From Opitutia bacterium (lineage in GTDB: Bacteria; Verrucomicrobiota; Verrucomicrobiia; Opitutales; T3Sed10-336), in contig JBJHCF010000010.1 of assembly GCA_050506795.1 (NCBI GenBank), positions 1-64,000 on the forward strand: a DNA stretch of 64,000 nucleotides, given 5' to 3'. The position numbers and the translations under genes are program-made. Shown here one piece after another: positions 27,939 through 38,583 of the stretch (position 1 is the stretch's first letter; the number at the start of each line of letters is the position of its first letter). Under the pieces are notes generated by a model. The model was not told the DNA's origin, searched no databases, and saw nothing but the letters and a program-made list of their open reading frames with translations.

Positions 27939-29024
27939 TCAGGATGCCGCAATCAAGGCCTCCAATTTACTTTCGTAATCCGCCCGCTGCAAGGCGTCGA
28001 CCACTTCATCCAGGCGCCCCTCCATGATTTCCGGCAGGCTGTGCAGGGTCAGACCGATCCGGTGATCGGTCAGACGGCTCTGGGGGAAGTTATAGGTGCG
28101 AATGCGTTCGCTGCGATCACCCGTGCCGACCTGACTCTTGCGGTCCGCGGCGTATTTGGCCCGCTCCTCGTCCTCCTTCGCTTTAAGCAAACGAGATCGC
28201 AACACGGTCATGGCCTTGAGCCGGTTCTTGTGCTGGGAACGCTCATCCGCGCAGTGCACGATCATGCCGGTCGGCTTGAACAGGATCTGCACGGCGGAGT
28301 CGGTGGTATTGACGTGCTGTCCGCCCGCGCCGCTGGCCCGGCTGGTGGTGATCTCCAGGTCCTCGGGATTGATGTCGATATCGACCTCTTCGGCCTCCGG
28401 GAGGACCGCCACCGTGACGGTGGAGGTGTGGATGCGCCCGTTGGCTTCGGTCACCGGAACCCGCTGCACCCGGTGCACCCCGCTTTCGAATTTCAGGGTG
28501 CGGTAGACCTCCTCTCCCGATATGAGAAACGCCACCTCCTTGAACCCGCCGCACTCGCTCTCGCTCATGCCGAGCGTCTCCACCTTCCAGCCCTTGATCT
28601 CGGCGTAACGGCAGTACATCCGATAAAGGTCGCCCGCGAAGAGGCTGGCCTCGTCGCCGCCGGCGCCGGCCCGGATTTCAATGATGGTATTGCGGGAATC
28701 GCTTTCCTCCGGCGGGATCATGGCAAACAGGATCTCCTCCTTCAATTGCTCCGCCCCGGCCTCCAACTCGGGGAGTTCCAGTTCCGCCAGTTCCTTGAGT
28801 TCCTCCTCGGTCGACGGGTCCTTCATCAGGGCGCGGTTTTCTTCGATGCGCCGGTGACACTGACGCAGGTTCTCGTAGCGCTCCAACAACTCTCCCAGCT
28901 TTTGGTGCTCGCGGGACATGCTGGCCGCCCGGCGCTGATCGCTGAAAAAATCGGGCGACGCCATGCGGGCGTCGATTTCGTCGTACCGCCTGCGGTAAGG
29001 ATCTATGGGTGGAATTCCGTCCAT
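27939..29024 (-). CDS. prfA: Peptide chain release factor 1
   Basis: PVT anticodon tripeptide, [20 protein letters not shown]. Confidence 0.95.
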   Translation of the reverse strand: MDGIPPIDPYRRRYDEIDARMASPDFFSDQRRAASMSREHQKLGELLERYENLRQCHRRIEENRALMKDPSTEEELKELAELELPELEAGAEQLKEEILFAMIPPEESDSRNTIIEIRAGAGGDEASLFAGDLYRMYCRYAEIKGWKVETLGMSESECGGFKEVAFLISGEEVYRTLKFESGVHRVQRVPVTEANGRIHTSTVTVAVLPEAEEVDIDINPEDLEITTSRASGAGGQHVNTTDSAVQILFKPTGMIVHCADERSQHKNRLKAMTVLRSRLLKAKEDEERAKYAADRKSQVGTGDRSERIRTYNFPQSRLTDHRIGLTLHSLPEIMEGRLDEVVDALQRADYESKLEALIAAS

Positions 29025-29162
29025 GTCGGTAAAAAGCTCTCTCCCGGAAGCCGACACACAATACGGCAGACGGAGGAAACCAGAAACATTACCACCGCGG
29101 CGCGGCCCGCTCAAGCTCTCTCCGCAGCCAAAGCCAATCTTCCCGGCCGGGCCGGGCCGCGA

Positions 29163-31070
29163 TCACTCCTGGATTACCACCCGGTAAAACCTCCGGTCGT
29201 CCGCGGTCTCCGGTTCGAAACGCAACACGCCCTGACCCAGCGAGACCGCCGATACCTCCGGCAACGGAATCCACTCCCGCAGGTCGGTGCTGGTTTCCAG
29301 CAGCAAATCCACTCCGGCGGGCGCCTCGACATCCAGCCGCGCCCGGTCCTGGTGCGCCTGAAAGGTGAACGCCACAACCCGAAGCCGGGGCGCAGGCGGT
29401 TCGTCCGGCCGATAATCCAGTTTCACATTCATACCGTCCTCCACCAGCACGGAAAAGCTGTGGGGCCCATACCCGGCGCCGGAAAAGGTCACCTGATACA
29501 CGCCGTCCCCCGGTACCGGCACCGCGTAACCGCCGGACGCCGAGGTGACCGCATGGTAGGAGCCGCCTTCGACGCGGACCTCGATGCCGCCGAGTCCGTC
29601 GCCCGGGACGTAAAATCCCGTCCCTCCCAGGTCATTCCAGGCGACGCCGGTAATCAGAGGCGCCCCGCCACCGGCCAGCGTGCCGAACTTCTGGGTGACA
29701 ATTACCGGGCCCACCGAATCGCCTCCCCCGCTGTTGGTCCCCAGCACCACCCCGATGCCGACCTCGCGAAACACTGGATCGTGGATGTTCAACCGGTGTC
29801 CCGGCGGATCCTGCATGCCGCCGACCGAACCGCCTCCCGGCGCGGTGCCCCAATCGATATTGAATCCGGCGTGACCGTGCCAAACGGATTCGGCATAGGC
29901 ATAGACGTTTTCGGAAATACTTTGGAACACGTACCCCTGGTATCCGGCGCGAGCGGCGGGCGAATCGCCGGGCTGGTGGGGCGGGGGCGGACTGGCGGAG
30001 CTGGAGTGTCCCTGAAACACGTTGTCGAACATGTCCTGCGAGTGCAGGCGGGAAGCGGTCGTCAACCCCTCGTGAAACGCCAGGGGCTGCGCCGAAGGGC
30101 CAAAATCGTCGGCCAGGTCCTCGTACTGCTCGATCAGCAAATCGAAATCCACCTCATAAAACGCCGTGGCCGCCCACACATCCGGATCGTCGCTTTCCCG
30201 CAAGCGCCAGGCTTCCGCCATCACATCGGCGCGGGCACGATTGATGAACTCCAGAAAGAGCTGCTCCTCCGCGGTCGGGTCCCCAATGGAATAGAGCCGA
30301 GTGGCGAAATCCGCCCCGATTTGAATGTCGTCTATGTACCAGCCCACCCCGGGATCGGTCTGGGGATACAGGGTGCCACCCCCGAAAAAATAAACAAAAC
30401 GCAGCCGGTAAACCTGACCCGCGTAGCTGGAGAGATCCACCGTTCGCCGCGAGAAGGCTCCCTCACCGGAATCATTGGATCCGGTCTGGCTCCAGAGATT
30501 GGCCCAATTGCTTCCGCCATCGGTCGAAATCTGGACGCGCGCGACCTGATTGGAGGTCGCCCAGCCGAGGCGACTTTCGAAGAAAAGCCGGGTGTCCGCC
30601 TGAGCGAGAAAATCGGGGTTGAGTTCAATGACCTGGGTTTCGCCGTCGGGCTGGGCCAGGTGAAAGGCGGCCCCCTCGATCACATACAAATCCGACTGCA
30701 AAACGTCGTATCCGGAGGACACCTGCAGGGTTACCGCATCCAGCGAATCGGCCCGTTCCCGCCAGGTGACCACCGGCTCCTCCGCCGGTCGCGCCACCAG
30801 GGATTCAGGCACTTCCCCGAGAGACTCGCCGGAGAGCGTCACCGGATCGAAGCGGGCCGAAATCCCCGTCTCCACCGGCGGAACCGGCGGCGGAGCCCGC
30901 CAACCGTCGGACTGAGTCGCCGATGCCACGGACCATCCAACGCCGGTAACCGCAACCGCCGCCATCAAGTGCCATGTCGATGAAATCAATCTGCCGATCG
31001 CTTTCCGCTTCAAACGGCGACCGCCATCCTTTCGCCTCATCTCCGTGCCATTGTCCTCAAACCCATTCAT
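29163..31070 (-). CDS. Secreted CAP/SCP-domain protein with jelly-roll and carboxypeptidase-regulatory-like domains
   Basis: EFINRAR, HSQDM, SENV, GHRLNI...FREVGIG; GWYIDDIQI; start uncertain. Confidence 0.75.
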   Translation of the reverse strand: MNGFEDNGTEMRRKDGGRRLKRKAIGRLISSTWHLMAAVAVTGVGWSVASATQSDGWRAPPPVPPVETGISARFDPVTLSGESLGEVPESLVARPAEEPVVTWRERADSLDAVTLQVSSGYDVLQSDLYVIEGAAFHLAQPDGETQVIELNPDFLAQADTRLFFESRLGWATSNQVARVQISTDGGSNWANLWSQTGSNDSGEGAFSRRTVDLSSYAGQVYRLRFVYFFGGGTLYPQTDPGVGWYIDDIQIGADFATRLYSIGDPTAEEQLFLEFINRARADVMAEAWRLRESDDPDVWAATAFYEVDFDLLIEQYEDLADDFGPSAQPLAFHEGLTTASRLHSQDMFDNVFQGHSSSASPPPPHQPGDSPAARAGYQGYVFQSISENVYAYAESVWHGHAGFNIDWGTAPGGGSVGGMQDPPGHRLNIHDPVFREVGIGVVLGTNSGGGDSVGPVIVTQKFGTLAGGGAPLITGVAWNDLGGTGFYVPGDGLGGIEVRVEGGSYHAVTSASGGYAVPVPGDGVYQVTFSGAGYGPHSFSVLVEDGMNVKLDYRPDEPPAPRLRVVAFTFQAHQDRARLDVEAPAGVDLLLETSTDLREWIPLPEVSAVSLGQGVLRFEPETADDRRFYRVVIQE

Positions 31071-31140
31071 TCGTTTGTGCCCGATTCAGTATTCAAAGTT
31101 GGCTTACGGTAGAAACGGCGCCCCTAAATGTCACTCCACA

Positions 31141-31172
31141 AAAAAAGCGGAGCTTTTCAGCTCCGCTTTTTT
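31141..31172. terminator. Rho-independent terminator of rpsA
   Basis: aaaaaagcggagct-tttc-agctccgctttttt. Confidence 0.9.
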
Positions 31173-31188
31173 TGGTTTGGAAGAATGA

Positions 31189-32853
31189 TTACTTCTTGCC
31201 GGTGGCCTGGTCGAGAATGTCGCCCAGCTTCATCAGGTCTTCCCCGTCCTTGATGGAATCGTAGACGGCGGCCTCAGCCTGGAGTTCCTCACTACTGTAG
31301 TTGGCGGCCTTGATGCTCAGGCCAATGCGGCGTTCCTCGCGGTCGATTTTAATCACCCGCGCGGTGACCTCCTGCCCGGGCTCGAGCACGTCCTTGATCT
31401 TCTCCACGCGCTCCTCGCTGATCTGGCTGATGTGAACGAGGCCGTCGATCTGCTCCTTGAGTTCGACGAAAGCGCCGTAGTTGGCGATTTTCGAGACCTT
31501 GCCGGTGACCACATCCCCCACCTTGAAGTAGCGGTCGATATCATCCCACGGATCATCGGTCAGTTGCTTCATGCCGAGAGAGATGCGCTGATTGTTGGCG
31601 TCGACATCGAGCACGATTGCATCGATGACGTCGCCCTTCTTGAGCACCTCGCTGGGATGATTGACCTTGCGGGTCCAGGACATATCGGAAACGTGCACCA
31701 TGCCGTCGATGCCCTCTTCGAGTTCGACGAAGGCACCGTAGTTGGTGATATTGCGCACCTCGCCGCGAACACGGGCTCCGGCCGGATAATTGTGACGGGC
31801 CATGTCCCAGGGATTGGTTTCGAGCTGACGCAGGCCGAGGGAAATCTTCTGCTCCTGCTTCTGGATGCCGAGAACCACCGCGTCGATTTCCTCGCCCACG
31901 CGAAGCATGTCGCCGGGTTTGGTGACCCGTTTGGTCCAGGACAGCTCGGTGACGTGCACCAGGCCTTCGACGCCCTCTTCCAGCTCGATGAATGCGCCGT
32001 AGGGCACCAGGTTGACCACCTTGCCGCGCACCTTGTGGCCGACCGGGTACTTCTGTTCGATGTTGTCCCAGGGATTCTTGGTGGTCTGTTTGAGACCGAG
32101 GGAAACCCGCTCCTTGTCGCGGTCGACCTCGATAATCATCACTTCGACCTCCTCGCCCTGTTTAAGCATTTCGCTCGGGTGGGAAATCCGGCCCCAACTC
32201 ATATCGGTGATGTGAAGCAGGCCATCGAGACCGTCCAGATCGATAAAGGCGCCGTAATCGGTGATGTTCTTGACCACTCCGGTGCGAAGCTGTCCGGGAG
32301 TGACTTCCTCCAGCAACTTGCGGCGTTTGGCGTGACGCTGCTCCTCGATCAGTTCCCGGCGGGAAATGACGATGTTCCGGCGGTCCAGGTTGATCTTAAC
32401 CACCTTAAAGTCGTAGGTCTGTCCGACGTACTGCTCCAAATTCTTCGGAGGCTGCACGTCGACTTGCGACGCGGGAAGGAAGGAGTCGACCCCGATACTG
32501 ACGATCAGGCCGCCCTTGACCTTGGCCTTGACTCGGCCGGGAACAATGGCCCCTTCTTCGCATTTGGAAAGGATGTTCTCCCAGTTCTTCTTTTGCTCCG
32601 CTTTGTCGAAGGAGATTACGGGGTTGCCTTCTTTGTCCTCCAGGCGCTCCAGGAAAACCTCGATCTCCTGACCGGCCTGCAGTTCACTGATGTCGGGGAA
32701 CTCAACCGCGGGAATCACGCCTTCCGACTTGCCCCCGATGTCGATGACGACCTCGTTCTGTCTGATTTCAATGATCGTTCCGGCAATAATCGTGCCTTCC
32801 CGCAGTTTATCGAACCTGCTCTCGGCGAGCAGTTCACTCATTATGGAACTCAT
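31189..32853 (-). CDS. rpsA: 30S ribosomal protein S1
   Basis: Six S1 repeats (YGAF..L.G.DGL.H...SW). Confidence 0.97.
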   Translation of the reverse strand: MSSIMSELLAESRFDKLREGTIIAGTIIEIRQNEVVIDIGGKSEGVIPAVEFPDISELQAGQEIEVFLERLEDKEGNPVISFDKAEQKKNWENILSKCEEGAIVPGRVKAKVKGGLIVSIGVDSFLPASQVDVQPPKNLEQYVGQTYDFKVVKINLDRRNIVISRRELIEEQRHAKRRKLLEEVTPGQLRTGVVKNITDYGAFIDLDGLDGLLHITDMSWGRISHPSEMLKQGEEVEVMIIEVDRDKERVSLGLKQTTKNPWDNIEQKYPVGHKVRGKVVNLVPYGAFIELEEGVEGLVHVTELSWTKRVTKPGDMLRVGEEIDAVVLGIQKQEQKISLGLRQLETNPWDMARHNYPAGARVRGEVRNITNYGAFVELEEGIDGMVHVSDMSWTRKVNHPSEVLKKGDVIDAIVLDVDANNQRISLGMKQLTDDPWDDIDRYFKVGDVVTGKVSKIANYGAFVELKEQIDGLVHISQISEERVEKIKDVLEPGQEVTARVIKIDREERRIGLSIKAANYSSEELQAEAAVYDSIKDGEDLMKLGDILDQATGKK

Positions 32854-33097
32854 GTGCTGTTGTGATGGATTCTCTTATTGGTTCCTCCTCAACCCGGAGA
32901 ACCCGGTATGACGTAATGTCATCCTTGTGGGTTATATTTCGGTTGAACGGAAGAAGCGAAAGGAACCGTTTCCGGTGCGACCGGAAAATCGCTTCTCCGC
33001 AAGACTAAAGAAACGACTATCCGCCTATCCGAGGCGGCGCGCAAGTAGAAAACGAAGGGGGATGGCGTTATCCGTTATCCCTTGATTCCTCAGCGGA

Positions 33098-33550
33098 TCA
33101 CAGCCGTTCGGCGACGCCGTCGAGGATCACCCGGTAGAGAGCGCGGTCGCGGGAGATTCGGCGCGAGACCATGGGCCGGTCGCGCACCAGTTCGCGCTCC
33201 TCGATTTCATTGATCACCAGGAGGACCTCCGTTTCGTCCGGGCCCAGGTCGGTCAGATGAAACTCGAGCTCGACCTGCCGGGAGTTGCGAAAGGAAGCTT
33301 CAGACCGCACCCAGCTCAACGCGGTCAAGCGACCGGCACGGGAATCGGCGTAACGGACGCGATAATCCCGGTCTTCGACCTCGTCGCGAATGGCCGCCAT
33401 CAGTTGCTGGCGATCGGCGGTGAAAACCCGGGTTTCGCCATCGTCCGTTCGCTGCGGGAAGGAAGTGGCACAGCCGGGCATCAGGATCAGCAGAGCAATT
33501 AAAACCGCCGGCCGTCCCCTGACCAGAACATTCAGTGTGTGTCGAATCAT
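33098..33550 (-). CDS. Hypothetical lipoprotein
   Basis: Lipobox LMPGC; ATGA overlap with the upstream deiminase. Confidence 0.6.
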   Translation of the reverse strand: MIRHTLNVLVRGRPAVLIALLILMPGCATSFPQRTDDGETRVFTADRQQLMAAIRDEVEDRDYRVRYADSRAGRLTALSWVRSEASFRNSRQVELEFHLTDLGPDETEVLLVINEIEERELVRDRPMVSRRISRDRALYRVILDGVAERL

Positions 33551-34608
33551 CGCGTTTCCGAGAACGCTAACGGTTGTTGCTGGGAAATGCAATGGAGCGT
33601 TCCCAGTCCGACCACCAAATCCACACAATCCACCGGGTAAACGCTACGCCCCGGGAAACAGTCCCGCAGAATCTCCCGCGCCAGTCCGTCACGCCGGGGC
33701 TGCCCGAAGGTCGGCAGCAATACGGCGCCGTTGATCACCAGGTAATTGGCGTAGGACGCCGGCAAACGGTCGTCGTGGAAATATATCGGCTCCGGGGCCG
33801 GCAGTTTCACGATCTCAAAGGGTTTTCCCTCGGCATCGCGAAACGATTCCAGGCGCTCGAGATTCATCCGCATGGGACGGAAATCGAGGTCGGATTCGTC
33901 CTCCGGCGACACACAGGCAATCGCCCCCGAGGGCAGAAAGCGGGCGATATCGTCTATATGCCCGTCGGTGTCGTCGCCCGCTATGCCTTCGTCGAGCCAA
34001 TAAAACCGGTTCACCCCGAGATGGTCGCCAAGCAGGCGTTCAATTTCCGCCGGCGAGAGGTGGGGATTGCGGTTGGGGTTAGACAGGCACTGCGTGGTGG
34101 TCAACAACCCGCCGCGGCCGTCGACCTCCAGCGAGCCTCCCTCCATGACCGCGGGTACGGCGAAACGCATCATTTGCAGCGCTTCCGCGATCCGCAGCGG
34201 AATGGCGTCATCGGCGTCGAACGGCGGATACTTTCCGCCCCAGGCGTTGTATTTCCAGTCGGTCAGGGCCACCTGGCCGGTGGCGTCGTTCTTGACAAAG
34301 ATCGGCCCGTGATCCCGACACCAGGCGTCGTTGCTGGGATGATCGAAAAAGCGGACGCGATCCAGGTCGGCTCCGGCTTCCAGCAGATGATTTCGGGCGG
34401 ACGCCTGCACCGGCGCCGGGCAGTTGAGGTGCACGGCTTCATGACGGGTGATGATGGCTGCAATCTGGGCAAACTTCGGCGGAATGCGCTCGAAGAGGCC
34501 CGGCCAGGTGGTCTCATTGACGGGCCAGGTCAGCCAGACGGCCTCCTGCCGTTCCCATTCCGCGGGCATGCGAAAGCCCAGATCACGTGGAGTTTCCATA
34601 GTTGTCAT
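33547..34608 (-). CDS. aguA: Agmatine deiminase (peptidylarginine deiminase family)
   Basis: RMPAEWE, DAWCRDHGP, EGGS, DTDGHIDD, ASYANY, GTLHCISQQQP. Confidence 0.9.
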   Translation of the reverse strand: MTTMETPRDLGFRMPAEWERQEAVWLTWPVNETTWPGLFERIPPKFAQIAAIITRHEAVHLNCPAPVQASARNHLLEAGADLDRVRFFDHPSNDAWCRDHGPIFVKNDATGQVALTDWKYNAWGGKYPPFDADDAIPLRIAEALQMMRFAVPAVMEGGSLEVDGRGGLLTTTQCLSNPNRNPHLSPAEIERLLGDHLGVNRFYWLDEGIAGDDTDGHIDDIARFLPSGAIACVSPEDESDLDFRPMRMNLERLESFRDAEGKPFEIVKLPAPEPIYFHDDRLPASYANYLVINGAVLLPTFGQPRRDGLAREILRDCFPGRSVYPVDCVDLVVGLGTLHCISQQQPLAFSETR

Positions 34609-34636
34609 CAATTCCAATCCAGCCGCCGGGTGAAAA

Positions 34637-35995
34637 TCAAACCGAAAGGTCCAGCACCGTCGCGGCGATGGCGAAGTAGATCAACAACCCGATCGCGTCC
34701 ATCAGCGAGGTGATCAAGGGACTGCTGGCCACCGCGGGGTCCATTCGCAACCGGGTCAGAGTGAACGGCAGAATCACGCCAAAGAGGTTCGCAACCAGGA
34801 CAATCGCCATCATGCTCAACCCCACCACCAGGCCGATCTCCGGGCCATCCCGGTAGATACCCAGGAAGTAGGTCAGGAATCCCATGCTCACCCCGAGCAG
34901 AAGACCCACCGCCAATTCCTTGCCGATGGCTTTGCCCCACCGCCCCAGCTGCAAATCACCGGTGGCCAATGCGCGCACCATCAGGGTGGCGGACTGGGCT
35001 CCCGCGTTTCCTCCGCTGGCAATCAGGAGCGGCATAAAGAATGCCAGAACAATGAACTGTAACAGGTACTCCTCATATCCCGCGATAATGCTGGCGGAAA
35101 TAAGGTTGACGAACACCAGAATCGTCAACCACCCGATGCGCCGGCGGTAAAGTAATCCCGGGCTGGCCAGGCTGTAGGGCATGTCCAGGGGCGCCACCGC
35201 CGCGCTCTTGTGAAAGTCCTCCGTCGCCTCCTCTTCGGCGACATCCAGGACGTCGTCGACGGTGACGATCCCCAATAAAACGCCTTCCGAATCCACCACC
35301 GGCAAGGCGTTCAAGTCGTAGCGCTGAATCATCTGAACCGCGTACTCCCGGTCCTCGAAGGCCGTGAGGCTCACGAACCGGTAATCCATCAAGGATTCCA
35401 CCGATGCCTCCGGATCGGCCAGGATCAGACGACGAATGCGCAGGGCGTCGAGCAACTTTCCGTGGTCGTCCGTGATGTAGAGCATGTTGAGGATTTCACT
35501 GTCGCGTCCGGTCTCCCGGATATGCTCCAGCGCCTCGGAAACCGTCATGTCCGCCCGAATGGCCAGGTAGTCGGGAGTCATGAGTCGCCCGATGCTTTCC
35601 TCCGGGTAACCCAGAAGCTGCCGGACCTCGTTCAAGTCCTCCGGATTGAGCAGCTTCATCATGCGCTGCGTCACTTCGGCAGGGAGTTCCTCCAGCAGCG
35701 CCGTCCGGTCGTCCGGACTCAAATTGGCCAGGAGGTAACGGTTGTCCTCCTCCGAGAGCTCTTTGACAAAGGCGTCCTGGTATTCCGGATCCAGATGGGC
35801 GAAAACATCGGCCGCTCGTTTGCGCGGCAAACTGCGGTAAAACAGCACCCGCTCGGCTTTTTCCAGCGCCAGCAGCAGATCCGCCACTTCCGGATCGGGC
35901 CAGTCCTTTACCAGGGCGGCCAATTCCTTCCATTTGTGGTCTTCGATCAGTTTCTTGACCCGTGGCTTGTCGGCTTCCAGATGTTCGGGAGTCAT
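34637..35995 (-). CDS. mgtE: Magnesium transporter MgtE
   Basis: N-domain, CBS pair, [23 protein letters not shown]. Confidence 0.95.
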   Translation of the reverse strand: MTPEHLEADKPRVKKLIEDHKWKELAALVKDWPDPEVADLLLALEKAERVLFYRSLPRKRAADVFAHLDPEYQDAFVKELSEEDNRYLLANLSPDDRTALLEELPAEVTQRMMKLLNPEDLNEVRQLLGYPEESIGRLMTPDYLAIRADMTVSEALEHIRETGRDSEILNMLYITDDHGKLLDALRIRRLILADPEASVESLMDYRFVSLTAFEDREYAVQMIQRYDLNALPVVDSEGVLLGIVTVDDVLDVAEEEATEDFHKSAAVAPLDMPYSLASPGLLYRRRIGWLTILVFVNLISASIIAGYEEYLLQFIVLAFFMPLLIASGGNAGAQSATLMVRALATGDLQLGRWGKAIGKELAVGLLLGVSMGFLTYFLGIYRDGPEIGLVVGLSMMAIVLVANLFGVILPFTLTRLRMDPAVASSPLITSLMDAIGLLIYFAIAATVLDLSV

Positions 35996-36060
35996 AATGT
36001 ACCCTTCATTTACGATTTTCCGGTCTCCGCGACTTCCGCGGACGTGAATTCCATCGAGGT

Positions 36061-36894
36061 CTATTCAATATCGATCACCATTTCGGACGGGAAATAAAAG
36101 AAAACAAAGAGAGCCAGCGCAAACAGGTAGGCGGCGAACCACACCAGTTTTTTCCGTTTGAGGAATTCGATCAGCCAGACGATGCCGATGAGCGAGCAAA
36201 CAAAGGTAACGGCGAAACTGAGCATCAGCGGCCCCCAGCCGATCCGCCCGAACATTCCGTCCTGAAGGTCCCCCAGCGCCAGCACGCTCGATCCCATAAT
36301 GACCGGCACCGAGAGCAAAAAAGAATAACGCACCGCGGTCTCCCGGCTCAAACCCGAGAGGAGAGCGGCGATCAAAGTGGCCCCCGACCGGGAAACCCCC
36401 GGCAACACCGCCACGGTCTGCCCGAGGCCGACAATCACCGAATCGCGGAAGGTCATGTCCTTCTCCCGGCGGTCCCCGTAACGGCTAAAGCGCTCCAGAA
36501 AAACCAGGAAGGCCCCGGTCAGCGCCAGCATGGCGGCCACAAACGGCGGCTGTTTCATGGCATCGCCGATCTGCCCCTGCATAAGAATTCCAAGCACTCC
36601 GGTGATCACGGTGGCCACCACGATGTACAGACCGAAAAAGAATTCCGTTCTATCCTCCGGTCCCCGTCGTACCAGGTAGCGCAGGAACCCGGCGATCAGC
36701 CGCTGCAAATCGTTCCGGAAATAAATGAGGACCGCCAGAACCGAAGCCAGATGCAGAAAAATCTCAAACCCCAACCCCGGGTAGGTCTGTCCGAGGAGGT
36801 ATCCGGTCACAACGATGTGCGCGGTACTTGAAATCGGCAGAAACTCCGTGATGCCCTGCACGATGCCGAAAAGAATGGCTTCCCAGTAACTCAT
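36061..36894 (-). CDS. uppP: Undecaprenyl-diphosphate phosphatase
   Basis: [26 protein letters not shown]. Confidence 0.95.
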   Translation of the reverse strand: MSYWEAILFGIVQGITEFLPISSTAHIVVTGYLLGQTYPGLGFEIFLHLASVLAVLIYFRNDLQRLIAGFLRYLVRRGPEDRTEFFFGLYIVVATVITGVLGILMQGQIGDAMKQPPFVAAMLALTGAFLVFLERFSRYGDRREKDMTFRDSVIVGLGQTVAVLPGVSRSGATLIAALLSGLSRETAVRYSFLLSVPVIMGSSVLALGDLQDGMFGRIGWGPLMLSFAVTFVCSLIGIVWLIEFLKRKKLVWFAAYLFALALFVFFYFPSEMVIDIE

Positions 36895-37037
36895 GGCACC
36901 ACTACGGAGGAATCCCCTCATGGTGGCAAGAACGGGATGGGGACTGACCGGCTCACTCCCGGCGCCCCCCCTTGACAATCCTGCCGAAAAACCTAGGATG
37001 CCCCAACGAGTTTCATCCCAATTCGTCTCCCGTACCT

Positions 37038-37175
37038 ATGCCATACCACAACAAGGTTCCCCGGCAGGAAAAGATCAAAGTGGTCGCGCTCGTCGCCTTC
37101 CTCCTGGCGGTGGTCGCAATCGCCGTGTACATCATCTACCTCGTGGTGGCCTCCCCCGCCCAAAGCTACCTTTAG
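37038..37175 (+). CDS. 45-aa single-TM small protein
   Basis: ATG at 37038, basic N-terminus followed by one clear hydrophobic helix. Confidence 0.5.
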   Translation: MPYHNKVPRQEKIKVVALVAFLLAVVAIAVYIIYLVVASPAQSYL

Positions 37176-37203
37176 ACAATACCCACGCCCCACGCCGAAG
37201 GGC

Positions 37204-38583
37204 TCACCCTCCCCTCAAGTGCGCCAGGATCAGGTCGTGGATTTCGGTCGGGGCGAAGGTTTCGCGATCGATCAGGTTCGGAACATTGGACGCCACCAGG
37301 GGCCCGGTTTCCCGGGAGGCGGCGCGCAGGCCGTGGGAGCCTTTCACCAAAGTCCCGTCGGCGGAAATCAGGTCCATCCGGTAACGGAATCCGAGCTTCT
37401 TTTGCAGGAGCCGCCGGGCGGCTTTGAACTTCGGCCAACGGATGGTTGGATCGATAAAAAGCTCCGCCGGATCGTAACCGGGTTTGTTGTGGATATCGAC
37501 CGTGGGGGCGAAATCGGGCGCCTTTCGGTCGTCCAGCCAGTAGTAGTAGGAGAACCAGGCATCCGGCTCCGCCAGCGCCACCAGCTCCCCGGAGCGCGGG
37601 TGATTCAGCCCGTGCTCCGCCTGCCCCGCGGCGTCGAGCAGGGTCGCCACCCCGGGCACCTCGGCCAGGAGATCCCGCACCGGCGCAACATCGGCAGGAT
37701 CGCGTACGTAGATGTGGGCCACCTGATGATCCGCCACCGCGAAAGCCCGGCTGCTGCCCGGGATCAGGATTTCACCGCCCATCTCCTCGCGGACCGTGAT
37801 GTAACCGGCTTTTCGCAGCGCGCGGTTCAACGCCACCGGCCGGCTCACCGGGGTGATGCCGTACTCGGACAGCACAATGACCGCGATCTCACGCTCCTGG
37901 TAATACCGGACCAGTCCCTCACAGACCTCATCGATTTCCCGCAGGTCCTTGCCGATCGCCGGATCGTTCGGTCCCAGGCGCTGCAGGTTGTAATCGAGGT
38001 GCGGGAGGTAAACCAGCGTGAGGGTCGGCTGAAAGCGCTTTTCCGTGAACCGGGCGCACTCGGCAATCCAGTCACTGGAGGAAATATCGGTCAACGGCCC
38101 CCAGAATTTAAACAGGGGAAACTGTCCCAGACGGTCCTGCAGATTGTCGCGAAAGTGGGGCGGCTCGGTGAGGATGTCGGGCACCTTGACTCCGTCCGTG
38201 CGGTAAATCGGACGCGGCGTCACCAGGTAATCGACCGTCGAGTTCATGTTGTACCACCAGAACAGGTTGGCACAGGTGAAGTCCGGATCCTCCTTGCGGG
38301 CACGCTCCCAGACCTTCGGCGCCTGGACCAGTTTGTTGGACTGACGCCAGAACTTGATCTCGTCCATCTCCCGAAAGTACCAGCCGTTCCCCACGATCCC
38401 GTGTCGCGCCGGCTGCACCCCGGTCAGGTAGGTCGCCTGGGCCGAACAGGTCACCGCCGGCAATACCGGGCCGATCGCGGCGGAGCGCGCCTCCCCGCCC
38501 AGCCATTTCGCGAGAAAGGGTGTGTTTTCGCCGATCAGGTCGGGCGTCAATCCGACCACGTTCAATACCGCGGTTTTTCGCAT
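37204..38583 (-). CDS. eboF: EboF-like alkaline-phosphatase-superfamily nucleotide pyrophosphatase
   Basis: LPAVTCSAQATYLTG, HGIVGNGWY, YLPHLDY, VDIHNKPGYDPAELF, VKGSHG; adjacent to eboE. Confidence 0.85.
   Translation of the reverse strand: MRKTAVLNVVGLTPDLIGENTPFLAKWLGGEARSAAIGPVLPAVTCSAQATYLTGVQPARHGIVGNGWYFREMDEIKFWRQSNKLVQAPKVWERARKEDPDFTCANLFWWYNMNSTVDYLVTPRPIYRTDGVKVPDILTEPPHFRDNLQDRLGQFPLFKFWGPLTDISSSDWIAECARFTEKRFQPTLTLVYLPHLDYNLQRLGPNDPAIGKDLREIDEVCEGLVRYYQEREIAVIVLSEYGITPVSRPVALNRALRKAGYITVREEMGGEILIPGSSRAFAVADHQVAHIYVRDPADVAPVRDLLAEVPGVATLLDAAGQAEHGLNHPRSGELVALAEPDAWFSYYYWLDDRKAPDFAPTVDIHNKPGYDPAELFIDPTIRWPKFKAARRLLQKKLGFRYRMDLISADGTLVKGSHGLRAASRETGPLVASNVPNLIDRETFAPTEIHDLILAHLRGG

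Noticed and set aside
27933..30983. 1016-aa plus-strand ORF
   Set aside because: Antisense shadow spanning prfA and the CAP gene, both of which have strong motif support.
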